Part shown: in pieces, positions 1 to 15,624 of the stretch
How positions within the stretch are numbered: position 1 is the first letter of the stretch
How the letters are laid out: the number at the start of each line of letters is the position of its first letter
DNA from: Eledone cirrhosa
Taxonomy: Eukaryota
Direction: 5' to 3'
NCBI GenBank assembly: GCA_964016885.1
Contig: OZ024752.1
Location: 15,004,001 to 15,068,000, forward strand
DNA length: 64,000 nucleotides
The notes under the pieces: generated by a model
What the model was told of the DNA's origin: nothing
Databases searched by the model: none
Seen by the model: only the letters and a program-made list of their open reading frames with translations
Translations under genes and position numbers: made by a program

Positions 1-222
1 CTAGTATTGCCTGTGTGAAGTGACCGGGTTTCTGCGCATGCGCGTTCGTACGGTTGTACTTCCTGTTCCTATAATCATGCCCATTCAGAGGTCAAGATCC
101 GCTAAGGTGAAACAATTGTTCTCGGTATGGTGAACTAACTGTTGTGTAACCACTTCTACCTAACTTGTCCCATGGACGGAGTGATCTACCACTACGGATA
201 TTACCTTCCAGTGTTGCACGAC

Positions 223-1321
<1,099 letters not shown>

Positions 1322-1341
1322 TTATTAAAATAACAGATTAA

Positions 1342-1392
1342 ATTTTAAGCAAAGAATCGCTGCTTTCACCCTTAACGGGATCTTCTGAAACT
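1342..1392 (-). ncRNA. Hammerhead-like motif, family A (core CAGAAGA)
   Basis: Minus strand: agttt CAGAAGA tccc-gttaa-gggt GAAA gcag-cgattct-ttgc TT aaaat; one stem I mismatch. Confidence 0.55.
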
Positions 1393-1640
1393 AACAAAGT
1401 CAATCTGTAAACGCAGAACTGGATATTTCAAAAAACGTTGCAACCGGAGGAATACCATAAACGTGGTTTTGTCTTTGCGCGTAATTGTTTTTCACCGCTC
1501 CTATTAATGACATATTATTCGTTTTTTTCCCGTTCTTTGCCAGCGAACGTTACCACGAACCAAAGTATCGTCTTCCTGTCTTCCTCCGGTTGCAACGTTT
1601 TTTGAAATATCCAGTTCTGCGTTTACAGATTGACTTTGTT

Positions 1641-1691
1641 AGTTTCAGAAGATCCCGTTAAGGGTGAAAGCAGCGATTCTTTGCTTAAAAT
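1641..1691 (+). ncRNA. Hammerhead-like motif, family A
   Basis: Inverted copy of the 1342-1392 motif. Confidence 0.55.
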
Positions 1692-1707
1692 TTAATCTGT
1701 TATTTTA

Positions 1708-1756
<49 letters not shown>

Positions 1757-2066
1757 AGTCACTACTTTAAAACAATAGCCTACGGTCTTCAAAATGCTTT
1801 TAATTAAGCATAAAGTGTATTGCAAAATACATTATATATACATCCATATATATATTGCTATTTCAGAGCTCCAATTCTAATTTTTAATTTCTTTATAATT
1901 AAAAATTAGAATTGGAGCTCTGAAATAGCAATATATATATGGATGTATATATAATGTATTTTGCAATACACTTTATGCTTAATTAAAAGCATTTTGAAGA
2001 CCGTAAGCTATTGTTTTAAAGTAGTGACAAATTCACTCACTTTGATCTCCGCAAACAGGGGAGATA

Positions 2067-2110
2067 AGCCGACATGACATGTTTCGCTTTTGTTGAAGCT
2101 TATCAAGGCC
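2067..2110 (-). ncRNA. Type I hammerhead ribozyme, U3-A8 core variant (family B)
   Basis: ggcc TTGATAA gctt-caacaa-aagc GAAA cat-gtc-atg TC ggct: all three stems pair; GUC cleavage triplet. Confidence 0.85.
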
Positions 2111-2380
2111 AACTTCTTGTTTGCTGAGATCAAAGTGAGTGAATTTGTCACTACTTTAAAACATTAGCTTACGGTCTTCAAAATGCTTTTAATTAAGCAT
2201 AAAGTGCATTGCAAAATACATTATATATACATCCATATATATATTGCTATTTCAGAGCTCCAATTCTAATTTTAAATTTCTGCCTGACCAACAACCGCTC
2301 TGCATAATCAGCTCCTGATTATTTACTAGATTTCTATAAGAATGTAACATCATTGATCTCAGTAGACAGGCGGGGTAGTT

Positions 2381-2424
2381 GGCCTTGATAAGATTCAACA
2401 AAAGCGAAACATGTCATGTCGGCT
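2381..2424 (+). ncRNA. Type I hammerhead ribozyme, U3-A8 variant (family B)
   Basis: Same motif with one stem II mismatch (gatt/aagc). Confidence 0.78.
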
Positions 2425-2650
2425 TATCTCCCCTTTTTGCTGAGATCAAAGTGAGTGAATTTGTCACTACTTTAAAACAATAGGTTACGGTCTTCAAAAT
2501 GCTTTTAATTAAGCATAAAGTGTATTGCAAAATACATTATATATACATCCATATATATATTGCTATTTCAGAGCTCCAATTCTAAGTATATATATATATT
2601 TTATATATATATATATAATATATATTTTATATATATATATAATATATATA

Positions 2651-2719
<69 letters not shown>

Positions 2720-2730
2720 TATATTATATA

Positions 2731-2837
<107 letters not shown>

Positions 2838-3037
2838 NNNNNNNNNNNNNNNNNNNNNNNNNNNNNNNNNNNNNNNNNNNNNNNNNNNNNNNNNNNNNNN
2901 NNNNNNNNNNNNNNNNNNNNNNNNNNNNNNNNNNNNNNNNNNNNNNNNNNNNNNNNNNNNNNNNNNNNNNNNNNNNNNNNNNNNNNNNNNNNNNNNNNNN
3001 NNNNNNNNNNNNNNNNNNNNNNNNNNNNNNNNNNNNN
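2838..3037. other. Assembly gap (200 N)
   Basis: Run of n characters. Confidence 1.
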
Positions 3038-3386
3038 ATATATATTGCTATTTCAGAGCTCCAATTCTAATTTTAAATTTCTGCCTGACCAACAACCGCT
3101 CTGCATAATCAGCTCCTGATTATTTACTAGATTTCTATAAGAATATAACATCATTGATCTCAGTAGACAGGCGGGGTAGTTGGCCTTGATAAGATTCAAC
3201 AAAAGCGAAACATGTCATGTCGGCTTATCTCCCCTTTTTGCTGAGATCAAAGTGAGTGAACTTGTCACTACTTTAAAACAATAGGTTACGGTCTTCAAAA
3301 TGCTTTTAATTAAGCATAAAGTGTATTGCAAAATACATTATATATACATCCATATATATATTGCTATTTCAGAGCTCCAATTCTAA
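3038..3386 (+). mobile_element. Family B unit, near-identical to 2237-2586
   Basis: Same sequence including the HHR at 3182-3225; adjacent to the gap, so possibly an assembly duplicate. Confidence 0.65.
3182..3225 (+). ncRNA. Type I hammerhead ribozyme, U3-A8 variant (family B)
   Basis: ggcc TTGATAA gattcaacaaaagc GAAA catgtcatg TC ggct. Confidence 0.72.
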
Positions 3387-3436
3387 ATATATATATATAT
3401 TTTATATATATATATATAATATATATTTTATATATA

Positions 3437-3504
<68 letters not shown>

Positions 3505-4412
3505 CATATATATATTATATATATATATTATATATATATATATATATTATATATATATATTATATATATATATATATTATATATTATATATATATTATAT
3601 ATATATATTATATATATATATTATATATATATGTATATATATATATATCCAGTTGTGATATGATCACCATCCAAAGCGTTCATAACAAGATTTACATATG
3701 TTTCCTATACATAATTATATCATATATGCCTTCATATAGAACTCTATTAGGTATGACAACATTTTACTGCTACCGCAAATTAATCAGATCTAAATTAAGC
3801 ACGAACACTATACAAATTAAAATCTCCTGCTGATATTTAATAGGTAAATTCCCGAAGCGCACTCTCAATGGGTGAGCAGTCTCTTCCAACCTTAGTACTT
3901 TATCAGTACTTTATAATATTTCGATTTCCTTCTGTGTGTTAGGAGATAACAAAAGACATCTGGATTGCTCATCTGAGCTCCACCTGTGTCTTGGCTAATG
4001 AAAACTTATTTAATGTATTGCCAAATTGATATCGGTAGTGCCATAACTCAACCACAAGCCATACCTATCGAATCTTGTCTATTGCGTCTAGATTAAGTAC
4101 GTTTAGGTTGACCTATCATTACATTATTAGTTAGTTCTTAATGAAGCTAATTATACCCCTAAGCTAAAAATCCATAATGCATTAATGCATGCGTTCGCTT
4201 AATCGTTGCTTAAATATGATGAATTTTTGATTGCAATTAAACCTTTAATAAAGTAAACATAATTGAACGGAGAGACTGCGTTGAGGGTATGAATATGAAA
4301 TAGCTGACAATTGTAGGAGGATATACTACATTAAAATGAAAGAATGGATTAAAACTCCGAAAAGAATAAATGGTATGATATAATGAGAGAAAAGTATAAC
4401 TACACTTAAACG

Positions 4413-4497
<85 letters not shown>

Positions 4498-4502
<5 letters not shown>

Positions 4503-4744
4503 TAAACGGAATAGAAAATGCTGACAAATTGTTCACAGTTGAAAAATGGTGTAATTAGGAATAAAAGAGTATTAGTGATTTTATGGGTTAGTATTCAGTT
4601 GTGGTTTTAAGTTTTTAAGTTTTTACCGGTTGCGCATTTCTAAATGCTTTTCAAAAATAATTTGGAGATAGAGTGTCCGTGCTGTTTGCTCTGATCTGAT
4701 TAGTTTTGGGAATTCTACCTGTTTTTGTAAAAACAGGTAGAATT
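4498..4744 (-). mobile_element. PLE terminal-repeat-like segment, family C
   Basis: Nearly identical to 56161-56385; ends in a small hairpin aattctacctgttttt/aaaaacaggtagaatt. Confidence 0.7.
4621..4656 (-). ncRNA. Hammerhead-like motif, family C (UUGAAAA...GCAA)
   Basis: ttt TTGAAAA gcattt-ag-aaatgc GCAA ccgg TA aaa; GAAA replaced by GCAA. Confidence 0.45.
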
Positions 4745-5437
4745 TGAAAATTCCTCGGATATCCCAAATACCGTAATTTTTAATTTTTAACTTTTAATGT
4801 ATAATTTTCCTCAATTCGTTTTTATATTTATCCTTAAAGGCTCTCTAAAATTTTAATTCTTCGAAGGGTCTCTCGGAAGAAGTTCCTATTGGAAATATTA
4901 AAGGGGCCTTTTCTGAGAGATTTATGGAAGTCTCTCTGAATTAACCTCTAATTGATTAGTTTCTTTCAATCTAGTTTTCAATTCAGTTTTCTGAATTTTA
5001 TAAACGTGATCTCAGGGGAAGAAGGTTTTTTTCTTTCGGAAAACATTTTTTTTTTCTCTAGAAGAAATTTCATAGGAACTTTATATATTTTTTAGGGAAA
5101 CTTTATATTTTTATTTTCTTATTTTATTAGCCTCTTAATTTTCTTCTAGTCTAATAGGTTTATTGGAGCCTGTATGCTTTATGCACTCATTGAGGGATTT
5201 TCTAAGGTGCTTCTACGGGACCCCAAGTTTTTTAGTTTAATGTTGATGCGTAAATTATATATTTTTGTCTAATTTTTAAACTTCAATCCCTGAACCCGAC
5301 AACTAATATAAAAGAGCCCCCCTTAGAATATTGACCACAACTATACAAGCGGAGTTGCTGATGTATACAACAATTTCAAACTGCTAGCCTTGAGTGATAC
5401 GTTGATGTAAACAATGATATTGCAATCACATGTTATA

Positions 5438-5484
5438 TGCCTTGATAAGTCCCACCATGGGGTCGGACGAAACGGCTGTCGGCA
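5438..5484 (+). ncRNA. Minimal type I hammerhead ribozyme, U3-A8 variant (family D)
   Basis: tgcc TTGATAA gtcc-caccatggggtc-ggac GAAA cggctg TC ggca, followed by AATAAA and (TA)n. Confidence 0.85.
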
Positions 5485-5494
5485 ATAAACTTGT

Positions 5495-5593
<99 letters not shown>

Positions 5594-5850
5594 TAAATTA
5601 GCGAGAATCGTATTTCAGCTCAGGAATTAACGACAAACAACTTCCGAGATGTGTGGCAAGCGCTCGATGATTCATATGAATCAGAGCTACAACATACGTT
5701 AAGGGCCAAACACACTGAGATGGTGGTTAAACATATCATCCGCACAGCCAAAAAAAACGACCGAGTAATTCGGGTCAAACAATAAAAATATGTGATTGAA
5801 ATATATATATATATGGATATATACATATATACTGTATATATGGATATATA

Positions 5851-5917
<67 letters not shown>

Positions 5918-5987
5918 ATATATATATATATATATATATCTATATATATATATATATATATATGGATATATATATATATATATATAT

Positions 5988-6338
5988 GCAGAGGTTATAT
6001 TTAATTTGTTGGGATTCAACAAGCTTAAACTATTTTATAACTGATATAAAGCACTCAACAGTTAGTGGAGTACATACACAATATATTAATAAATGGAAAC
6101 TATATTTATAAAACCATATTTATTTTATTATACATATTTAAAGGTCAACCAAGGCAAATTATGGTGCGCTTTCATCAAATAAAATACAGATTTATTTTAT
6201 AGTATTCAATAGTTATTTATATAACAAATCTGTATTTTATCTTATGAAAGCGCACCATAATTTGCTTTGGTTGCCCTTGAAATATGTATAATAAAATAAA
6301 TATGGTTTTATAAATATAGTTTCCATTTATCAATATGT

Positions 6339-6340
<2 letters not shown>
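5988..6340. mobile_element. Fold-back element, family E, with two degenerate HHRs (6121-6186 minus, 6233-6298 plus)
   Basis: Arms ~6084-6193 and ~6227-6335; tattttat CTTATGA aag...ctt GAAA tatgta TA ataaaata; a relative with intact core lies at 37293. Confidence 0.75.
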
Positions 6341-6416
<76 letters not shown>

Positions 6417-6417
<1 letters not shown>

Positions 6418-6602
6418 CGAAGGAAATGTGGTAAGGAACCAGGTGGACCATAACGCACCAAAGTACTCAATACTTGAGGTAGTAGAGTGGGTAATAGGAA
6501 CCAGTAAGACCCCGACAGCTGAGCTCAAGCCGTTTCGACGGCTAATTCTCGAATTAGCCGTCGAAACGGCTTGAGCTCAGCTGTCGGGGTCTTACTGGTT
6601 CC

Positions 6603-6604
<2 letters not shown>
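6417..6604. mobile_element. Fold-back terminus, family F, with two HHR 3' halves
   Basis: Palindrome 6495-6604 centred at ~6550; each arm reads GAAA cggct...agctg TC ggggtc. Confidence 0.8.
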
Positions 6605-6633
<29 letters not shown>

Positions 6634-6672
6634 ATATATGTATATATGTATATATGTATATATGTATATATG

Positions 6673-6725
<53 letters not shown>

Positions 6726-6836
6726 TTATGTACATATATATATATGTATATGTATATATGTATATATGTATATATAAATATGTATATATGTATATATATA
6801 TATATGTATATATGTATATATATATATATATTTTTA

Positions 6837-7285
<449 letters not shown>

Positions 7286-7401
7286 AGTATATATATATGT
7301 ATATATATATATGTGTATATATATATATATGTATATATATATATAAATGTATATATATATATATATATGTATACATGTATATATATATGTATATATATAT
7401 G

Positions 7402-7642
<241 letters not shown>

Positions 7643-7665
7643 GTATATATATGTATATATATATG

Positions 7666-7696
<31 letters not shown>

Positions 7697-7817
7697 GTAT
7701 ATATATATATATGTATATATATATATTAATATATATATATATGTATATATATCTATATGTATATATATGTATATATATATATATGTATATATATATATGT
7801 ATATAAATATATATATG

Positions 7818-7998
<181 letters not shown>

Positions 7999-8013
7999 GT
8001 ATATATACATACA

Positions 8014-8108
8014 TAACGAAGGAAATGTGGTAAGGTACAAGGTGGCCCATAACGCACCAAAGTACTCAATACTTAGGGTAGTAGAGTGGGTAATAGGACC
8101 ACTTGTTC

Positions 8109-8110
<2 letters not shown>
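8014..8110 (-). mobile_element. Short family F terminus
   Basis: aacgaaggaaatgtggtaagg...gtagtagagtgggtaatagg, matching 6417-6500. Confidence 0.75.
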
Positions 8111-8206
<96 letters not shown>

Positions 8207-8207
8207 C

Positions 8208-8261
<54 letters not shown>

Positions 8262-8263
8262 TC

Positions 8264-8369
<106 letters not shown>

Positions 8370-8375
8370 CATGTA

Positions 8376-8492
<117 letters not shown>

Positions 8493-8597
8493 GTATATAT
8501 ATATATGTATATATATATGTATGTATATATATATGTATATATATATATTTATATAAATATATATATGTATATAAATATATATATGTATATATATATG

Positions 8598-8648
<51 letters not shown>

Positions 8649-8674
8649 GTATATAAATATATATATGTAAATAA

Positions 8675-8719
<45 letters not shown>

Positions 8720-8935
8720 AATATATATATGTATATAAATATATATATGTATATATATATATATATGTATATATATATGTATGTATATATATATATGTAT
8801 ATATATATATATGTATGTATATATATATATATATGTATGTATATATATATGTATATATATATGTATATATATATGTATATATATATGTATATATATGTAT
8901 ATATATATATGTATATATATATGTAGATATATATG

Positions 8936-8968
<33 letters not shown>

Positions 8969-9327
8969 GTATGTATATATACCTGTATATATATATGTAT
9001 ATATATATGTATGTACATATATATGTATATATATATATATGTATATATATGTGTATATATATATGTATATGTGTATATGTATATATATATGTATATATAT
9101 ATATGTATATGTATATATGTATATATATATGTATATGTATATATGTATGTATATATATATGTATATGTATATATGTATGTATATATATATGTATATGTAT
9201 ATATGTATGTATATATATATGTATGTATATATATATGTATATATATATGTATATATATATAGGTATGTATATATATATATGTATATACATATATATGTAT
9301 GTATATATATATGTATATATATATGTA

Positions 9328-10693
9328 TGGATATTCCAGCACCGACCCTGTTTGCCATATACTTTGCAATGGTTTTCTGTATTGCATTCAGGAATTGCGA
9401 GCATGGTGTTTACATCCGATATCGAACCTCAGGCAGCATATTTAACATCAGGCGCTTTGCTGCGAAGACAAAAGTATTTACATCAGTCATAAGAGACCTC
9501 TTGTATGCAGATGATTGCGATCTTGTAGCGCACACAGAGAGTGATATGCAGCACATTTTGAATGTATTTTCTGACGCTTGCACTGCCCTGGGTTTGACTG
9601 TCAGTCTCAAGAAAACCGTCGTCATGTACCAACCTGCACCTGGTAGGCAGTACACTGAACCAAACATCTATGTGTATGGCAAACGACTTGGAGTGGTTGA
9701 TCAGTTTGTCTACCTGGGAAGCACTGTCAATCGATACGGCAACCTTGACAGTGAAATCTCACTTAGGATTAGGAAAGCAAGTGATGCTTTCGGAAAGCTA
9801 GAAAGGCGACTCTGGGGTCGGCGAGACATATGCAGGAGGACAAAGGTAAGGGTGTACAGGGCATGTGTACTCTCTTGTCTTCTTTATGCCTGCGAGACCT
9901 GGGTCACATATCGACGCCACCTTAAGCAATTGGAGCGTTTCCATCAGATGTGTCTCAGACGGATACATGGCGTTCGCTGGAGGGACCACATCAGTGATGT
10001 CGAGATTTTGGAAAGCTCTATGTGTGACAGTATAGAAGCTCTTGTGCTTAAGCAGCGACTCCGTTGGAGTGGTCACCTTGCCAGGATGAAGGATTCTAGA
10101 ATACCAAAACAACTCTTCTATGGAGAGTTGGTTAAAGGAAAACGACCGCCACATAAACCAAAAAAGAGGTATAAGGATTCCTTGAAGGCCTCTCTGAAAG
10201 ACGCTAACATCTCTGCTGATACATGGGAAAATATTGCTGCTGATCGTAATAAATGGAGAAAGACTGTATATGAGGGAAAAGTTGCCTTTGAGGCATCTCG
10301 AATCGCACACGAGAAAGTAAAGCGGGACGTGAGGAAGGGTATTGCTGTTGCACTTCCAGACGGCGAGGGTCCTCCTATGTTTCTGACATGCAGCGTCTGT
10401 GCGAGACTCTGCCTAAGCAAAGCTGGACTCGAAAGTCATCTTCGCAGTCATAAAGTAAGACCAGTGGTTGACTACCAGGCTGCTGTTGGAGATGCTACTC
10501 ATCATGCTTGCCAAACATGTGGTAGAGAATGTAAATCAGCAGGAGGACTCAAGCGACATGCAAAAGTACACGAACTCCAACCACAGCCGACTATTCCCAG
10601 TAAATGTTTTGGTTGCCGACTCTGTGCAAGACATTTTGGATCATTGGCTGGGCTAAAAAGCCACATTCGATCGCAGCACTGTTAGTTGCTATC

Positions 10694-10731
<38 letters not shown>

Positions 10732-10810
10732 GCTTATGTGCGTGCGTGTGTGTGTATATATATATGAATATGTATATTATTATTGTTGTTGTCGTTATTA
10801 TTATTATTGC

Positions 10811-10891
<81 letters not shown>

Positions 10892-10930
10892 TGTGCAATG
10901 GCCATACTCGATAACGAGGGGGCAGCCATC
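9328..10930 (+). mobile_element. 5'-truncated RTE-clade LINE inserted in (TA)n
   Basis: RT C-terminal half plus a 3' UTR with (GT)n, (TAT)n and Tn, ending ...gggggcagccatc(at)n. Confidence 0.92.
9329..10685 (+). CDS. RTE reverse transcriptase C-terminal half with three C2H2 zinc fingers (no start codon; 5'-truncated)
   Basis: [42 protein letters not shown]; CxxC-x12-HxxxH-type motif three times; frame uninterrupted. Confidence 0.92.
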
Positions 10931-10962
10931 ATATATATATATATATATAAATATATATATAA

Positions 10963-11940
10963 CTAGCAGCAGTACCCAGCGTTGCTTGGGTAGGTAAAAT
11001 AATATCTGCTTTGATGAAAAGGTGTTGATCTTAGCGACTGTTTCTCGGTGACTCATCTATGGCCACACACAGGCCATGCGAGGGAGGGTGGTAATGACCT
11101 CTATTACTGAGAAACGCGGATGACTTATGAAAGTGAATGCTGGGGGAGGGAGGTAATGACCTCTAACACTTAGCCAAATTTCCTCACGCCACTTGATTGG
11201 AAACCTATGAATTCTCAAATACACAACTAAAAACTCACACGACGTCAGTGGCCATCGTTTTGCCTTTGACCATCTATTAGATGTGCAATGATAGGTTCTA
11301 TCGTAGTATAAAAGTTGAACCAAATAAATTAAATTTATGTATGAGGTGGAGCCGAAGTTTCGAATTTGAACGAAATCGGTTGAAAAATATGGGAGCAAGA
11401 GTCGAAAAGGCGAACATTTGGGCGAAAAGGTGGTATTTTTGAATATTTAAGCGGTTGCCACGCCGTTCCTGGACAGAAAATCCAAAAATGTAAAACCACG
11501 TCAAGACGTGAATTTCTCTAATCAAGCGTAGTGCAAAATTTGAACAAAGTAGGTTGATTAATGTGGGAGCTAGAGCCGAAAAAGTGGAAATTTGAGTCTA
11601 AAAGTAGTATTTTTGAATATTTAAGCGGCTGCTACGCCGTCCCTGAACAACAAATGCGAAATATAAAGCCATTACTTGATGTGCAATGATAAATTCTATT
11701 TTACTTTAAAATTTGAACGAAATCGGTGGCACAATGTGGGAGCTAGAGCAAAAAATATTATGTTTATCTGCAGAATAACCCCCGGAATAAAAATAAAAAA
11801 CGATATGGTGATATATAGAAAACACTCCCCGATGACTAATCTATGACCCTGTAAAGTTTCATGAAAATTGGTCAGAAGATGTAGGACCCTATAGGTAATA
11901 CACAGACACACACACATACTTAATTTTATATATATACAGA
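10963..11940 (-). mobile_element. Non-autonomous Helitron
   Basis: Minus strand begins A|TCTGTATATATATAAAA and ends with hairpin tacccaagc-aac-gctgggta then CTAG|T. Confidence 0.75.
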
Positions 11941-12166
11941 TGTGCGCGGGGGTGTCAGGATAGAGCCAATTTAAAAAATTGTTAGACCAATACATAATAT
12001 AGTACTCGATCCTTCGGATTAGTAGAGTATGGCTATATTAGAAAGAGTCGAGGCCCAGCGTCTAAGCTCTTGCCGATTCAGGCTGCAACTAACAGTTGAA
12101 AGAGACAAGGGCTCAGTCGTCGCCCCCGCCCCTTTCTAATATATATATATATATATATATAGACAT

Positions 12167-12235
<69 letters not shown>

Positions 12236-12548
12236 ACTGGCTCGGAGATCGGAGAATCACTTCAGGTAGAGCCGCTACTTCTCCGAATTGAGAGGTCACA
12301 GTTCCGAAACTACGGGTATGTGGTTTGAATGTCTTAGGAAAGAATCGCTAGACAGATTTTACGAGCAGGAGCAATTGGCAAGAGACACAGGGGTAGAACC
12401 TGAACAAGATGGTTGGATAAAATCCATGAGTTTGGCTGGTCACGCTTGTAGAAGGTTGCTGCTTCTGACAGGACCGGGTGGAGGGAGTGTTCGAAGATTC
12501 TGCCCCCCACGATCCTCTCAGGAATTTGTGGGCAAAGAAGAAGAGAAG
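12236..12548 (+). mobile_element. Decayed RTE LINE 3' fragment, (GAA)n-tailed family
   Basis: Homologous to 18555-19232, 20605-20920 and 25030-25380; RP...WL/WI remnant. Confidence 0.75.
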
Positions 12549-13333
12549 CATCTGGCAGGAAACCCAATGGTAGACAACGAGCAAGAAGATTTGTTAACAT
12601 GAATGAGTTCGGTTGATCAGGCTATGAGATACAGCCGGATCAATTGGAGACCATTTCTTCTGTCGAGATTAAAAGACTCACCAAAGAATAAATGGATGGA
12701 ATAAACAGAAAAAGAATAAAATAAATAATAATAATAATAATAATAATAATTTCTACTATAGGCACAAGGCCAGCAATATTGGGTGAGCAGAAAGTCGAAA
12801 TTCATGTATCTGTCTCCGGTATGCAATTAATCATGGTGTTATGTGATTTATTACAATATGTTTCATTTCCAAATTGATTTTGACTTTGGAACAAATATTT
12901 AATAGTTTCCACTATTGTGTATCTTACATAGATCATTTGATAATTGGAATTTCAATCTCCCTTAGATGTAAATCAAGAATTATGCTGAAATACTTACAGA
13001 AGACAACATACACATACTCACGTATGTGTGTGTGTGTGTATATATATAGAGATATATATAATGTGCGTGGGGGTGGTGGTGTCAGGATAGTACCAGTTAT
13101 AAAACTAGTTAGACCAATACATAATAGAGTATATATATATATATATACATGCAAAAATAAATATAAAATCCTAGTAACTGAGGGGTTCATAGAATGTGTG
13201 ACAAAAGAGTTTTGACAATATATAAACAACATTCCGTTTATCGAACCAACTAACCAACCTGAGCCGTATAATAAATTGATGTGAAAACTAACAGGGGCGT
13301 GTTTTTATTGGCAGCATGACCCTCCCAAAATAT

Positions 13334-13375
<42 letters not shown>

Positions 13376-13433
13376 AACAAAAGCAGAAGGCCGGACTGGA
13401 AAATTTGCTTTAGAATGTTAATTCCTTGAAATC

Positions 13434-13471
13434 ACTGTAGATATTTCGATGGCCCAGCTCCATCATCCAAT
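13434..13471 (-). ncRNA. Degenerate hammerhead motif (family G)
   Basis: attg [--]GATGA tgg-agctggg-cca tc GAAA tatc TA cagt; lacks C3U4; lies ~60 bp from a (TA)n tract. Confidence 0.35.
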
Positions 13472-14493
13472 TATGATGCAAGACAGGAGAATCTCATCAG
13501 GCGACCTCCACATAATTACTTAAGGGGATTACATTGAACCCAAACATATAATGAAAAACGCTGTTATATTGGTATGAAAATTCAATTCGGGGACTCCATC
13601 GTAGCAACATACCATCTTTTTTGGCAGGCCATTCCCGAATGGATATTGCACTCTATATATCATTGCACTCTATATGTCATTGTAAAATCATTTCTTAAAA
13701 TTTGAGAAAAATATATTGACATTTTGACTTAAATTATATCCACATATTCAACTGATCTAAATAGAATGTAATGTAATTTATATTACAGAACTGAGATATA
13801 GAACATCAAGCTTTTAAGCGATAGATGGAATATACAACATTACAAATGCCATCTCTCATCTTATAACCTCACAACTACACGTCATTAATATGCGGTCGAT
13901 ATGAATGTATGTTGAACTAATATGTACCAATACATTCATAACATGGAGGATTTGTTTGTTTGTTATGAGTTTACTATAAACCTGTTAATGCAGTTTTTAT
14001 AAATCATTTCAGCTACATAGTACATGCGAGCACACACGTTTACTATACAAGTAAATATATCAAAATCGTATCTATCAACGTGTTTTGGGAAAACCTTTGC
14101 AGTTGTTATTTTCTTTAAAAGGTGTTTTAAGGCAAAACACACTGAAAAATATCGACACCTCATCGCCTCTTCAATGTAATACATATTAATAATCTCAAGA
14201 AAAAAAATTCCCTACTACCTTAATTATTTAGTATCGCAGTTATGTCAGAAAAACGATAGGGAACTTTAAACAAGTACTATGTCTAGAAAACAAGACATGG
14301 GGGATCTGTGATACAAGAACCATCGTTTCAATTATAGAACTCTGAAATAACTTCTACACGTTTCTGAATAATCCTGTATTGAAACTATACATTTATATTT
14401 CAATACAGCCAAGTTAATTATTCTAAATTCTCTATCTACAGCAAAATGAGGGTTCATAGGTAAATATATGAATTATAACTATAGTAATTAATT

Positions 14494-14652
14494 GTTTCTA
14501 CTTTAGTCACAGGGACAGCAATTCACCAGTACATTACTGGCACTTTATTTTATCGACCCCGTAAGGATGAAAGGCAAAGTTAACCTCGGCGGGATTTGAA
14601 CTCAGACTGCATGGCGTCCAACCCTCTACCGAAACTGCCAATTCATCGCCCT
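14494..14652 (-). mobile_element. tRNA-derived SINE (recurrent family)
   Basis: Conserved core ttttatcgaccccgtaaggatgaaaggcaaagttaacctc; B-box GAGTTCAAATC on the minus strand. Confidence 0.85.
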
Positions 14653-15041
14653 CTATAACTATATTAATTAATGATTATGCATATCTTGTAAAGATAATCT
14701 ATTGAAATTGTGGAATTTTAATTCAGTAAATTTAACATCTCTGTGGAGCCACTTACTTCTAAGACTTGCGGTTAGAAATACTTGCGGTATCAGCACGTGT
14801 TTCTTAATTAATATATGTAGATGTCTAGACGATATAACAACACTTGTGCATAGAGTGGAATTGCTCAAAGCAATTGAAGCAGTAGGTATAAAATTGTATA
14901 TATAAGATAGAGATTTGGTCAATTTACTTTAGATGAAATGGTTTATCTATTTGCCTAAAGACGGAAACCATTGAATTACTTTCTTGGTTATATAATTGTT
15001 TGTTAGAATCATACTTAATACGCGCACTCACACACACACAC

Positions 15042-15072
<31 letters not shown>

Positions 15073-15624
15073 ACTAAGAATGTATCTACATTATACTTAA
15101 TGATACAATATGGTATAGAGCTAAAGCTAGAATTTTATATTATATATACTCGGGCTATGAAAGTAATCATATTATAAATAGTTTGTTTATCTCATCTTAC
15201 TCAGAAAACTGTAGGGATTAACTCTGCATATGTCACTGCTTATTAACTACATTTCTTAAAATAACAACCTTTACTTTACCTACGGAGAAATCTTATACCA
15301 TATGGCTATTTATATCAAACACAAAACAAACGAAACGGCAAAACATCGGACGAATTCGCGATGCGACCATCTGTTGTCGTTGCAATAAATTCGATAATGT
15401 ATATGCTGCCGATGCGATAAATTAGATAAACGCTGAAGCACAACATTGGGTGTATTATGTAATGTTAGATAAATATTATCAAGTTAGTCATGGTATTTAT
15501 TTTTAAGGATCCTTCTGGAAGTTTAAGCAAATGTTATTACACGTGGATTTTCGCTATTTACGCCAAAAATATGCTGTTTGTCTTTATTTACCGCTAAGAA
15601 GTATTTATCATCCTACAAGAGGTA

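Larger units (their letters stand above)
1322..1712. mobile_element. Fold-back PLE-terminus/retrozyme-like element, family A
   Basis: ~1322-1450 is the reverse complement of ~1584-1712; flanked by (TA)n; same family at 37525-37589 and 49033-49530. Confidence 0.8.
1758..2586. mobile_element. HHR-bearing element, family B: inverted segments plus 316-bp head-to-tail unit
   Basis: 1758-1890 is inverted against 1897-2027; tgagatcaaagtgagtg recurs at 2125 and 2441 (period 316); flanked by (TA)n. Confidence 0.8.

Noticed and set aside
4745-5290. Possible decayed PLE coding sequence on the minus strand
   Set aside because: No convincing motif; many stops and homopolymers.
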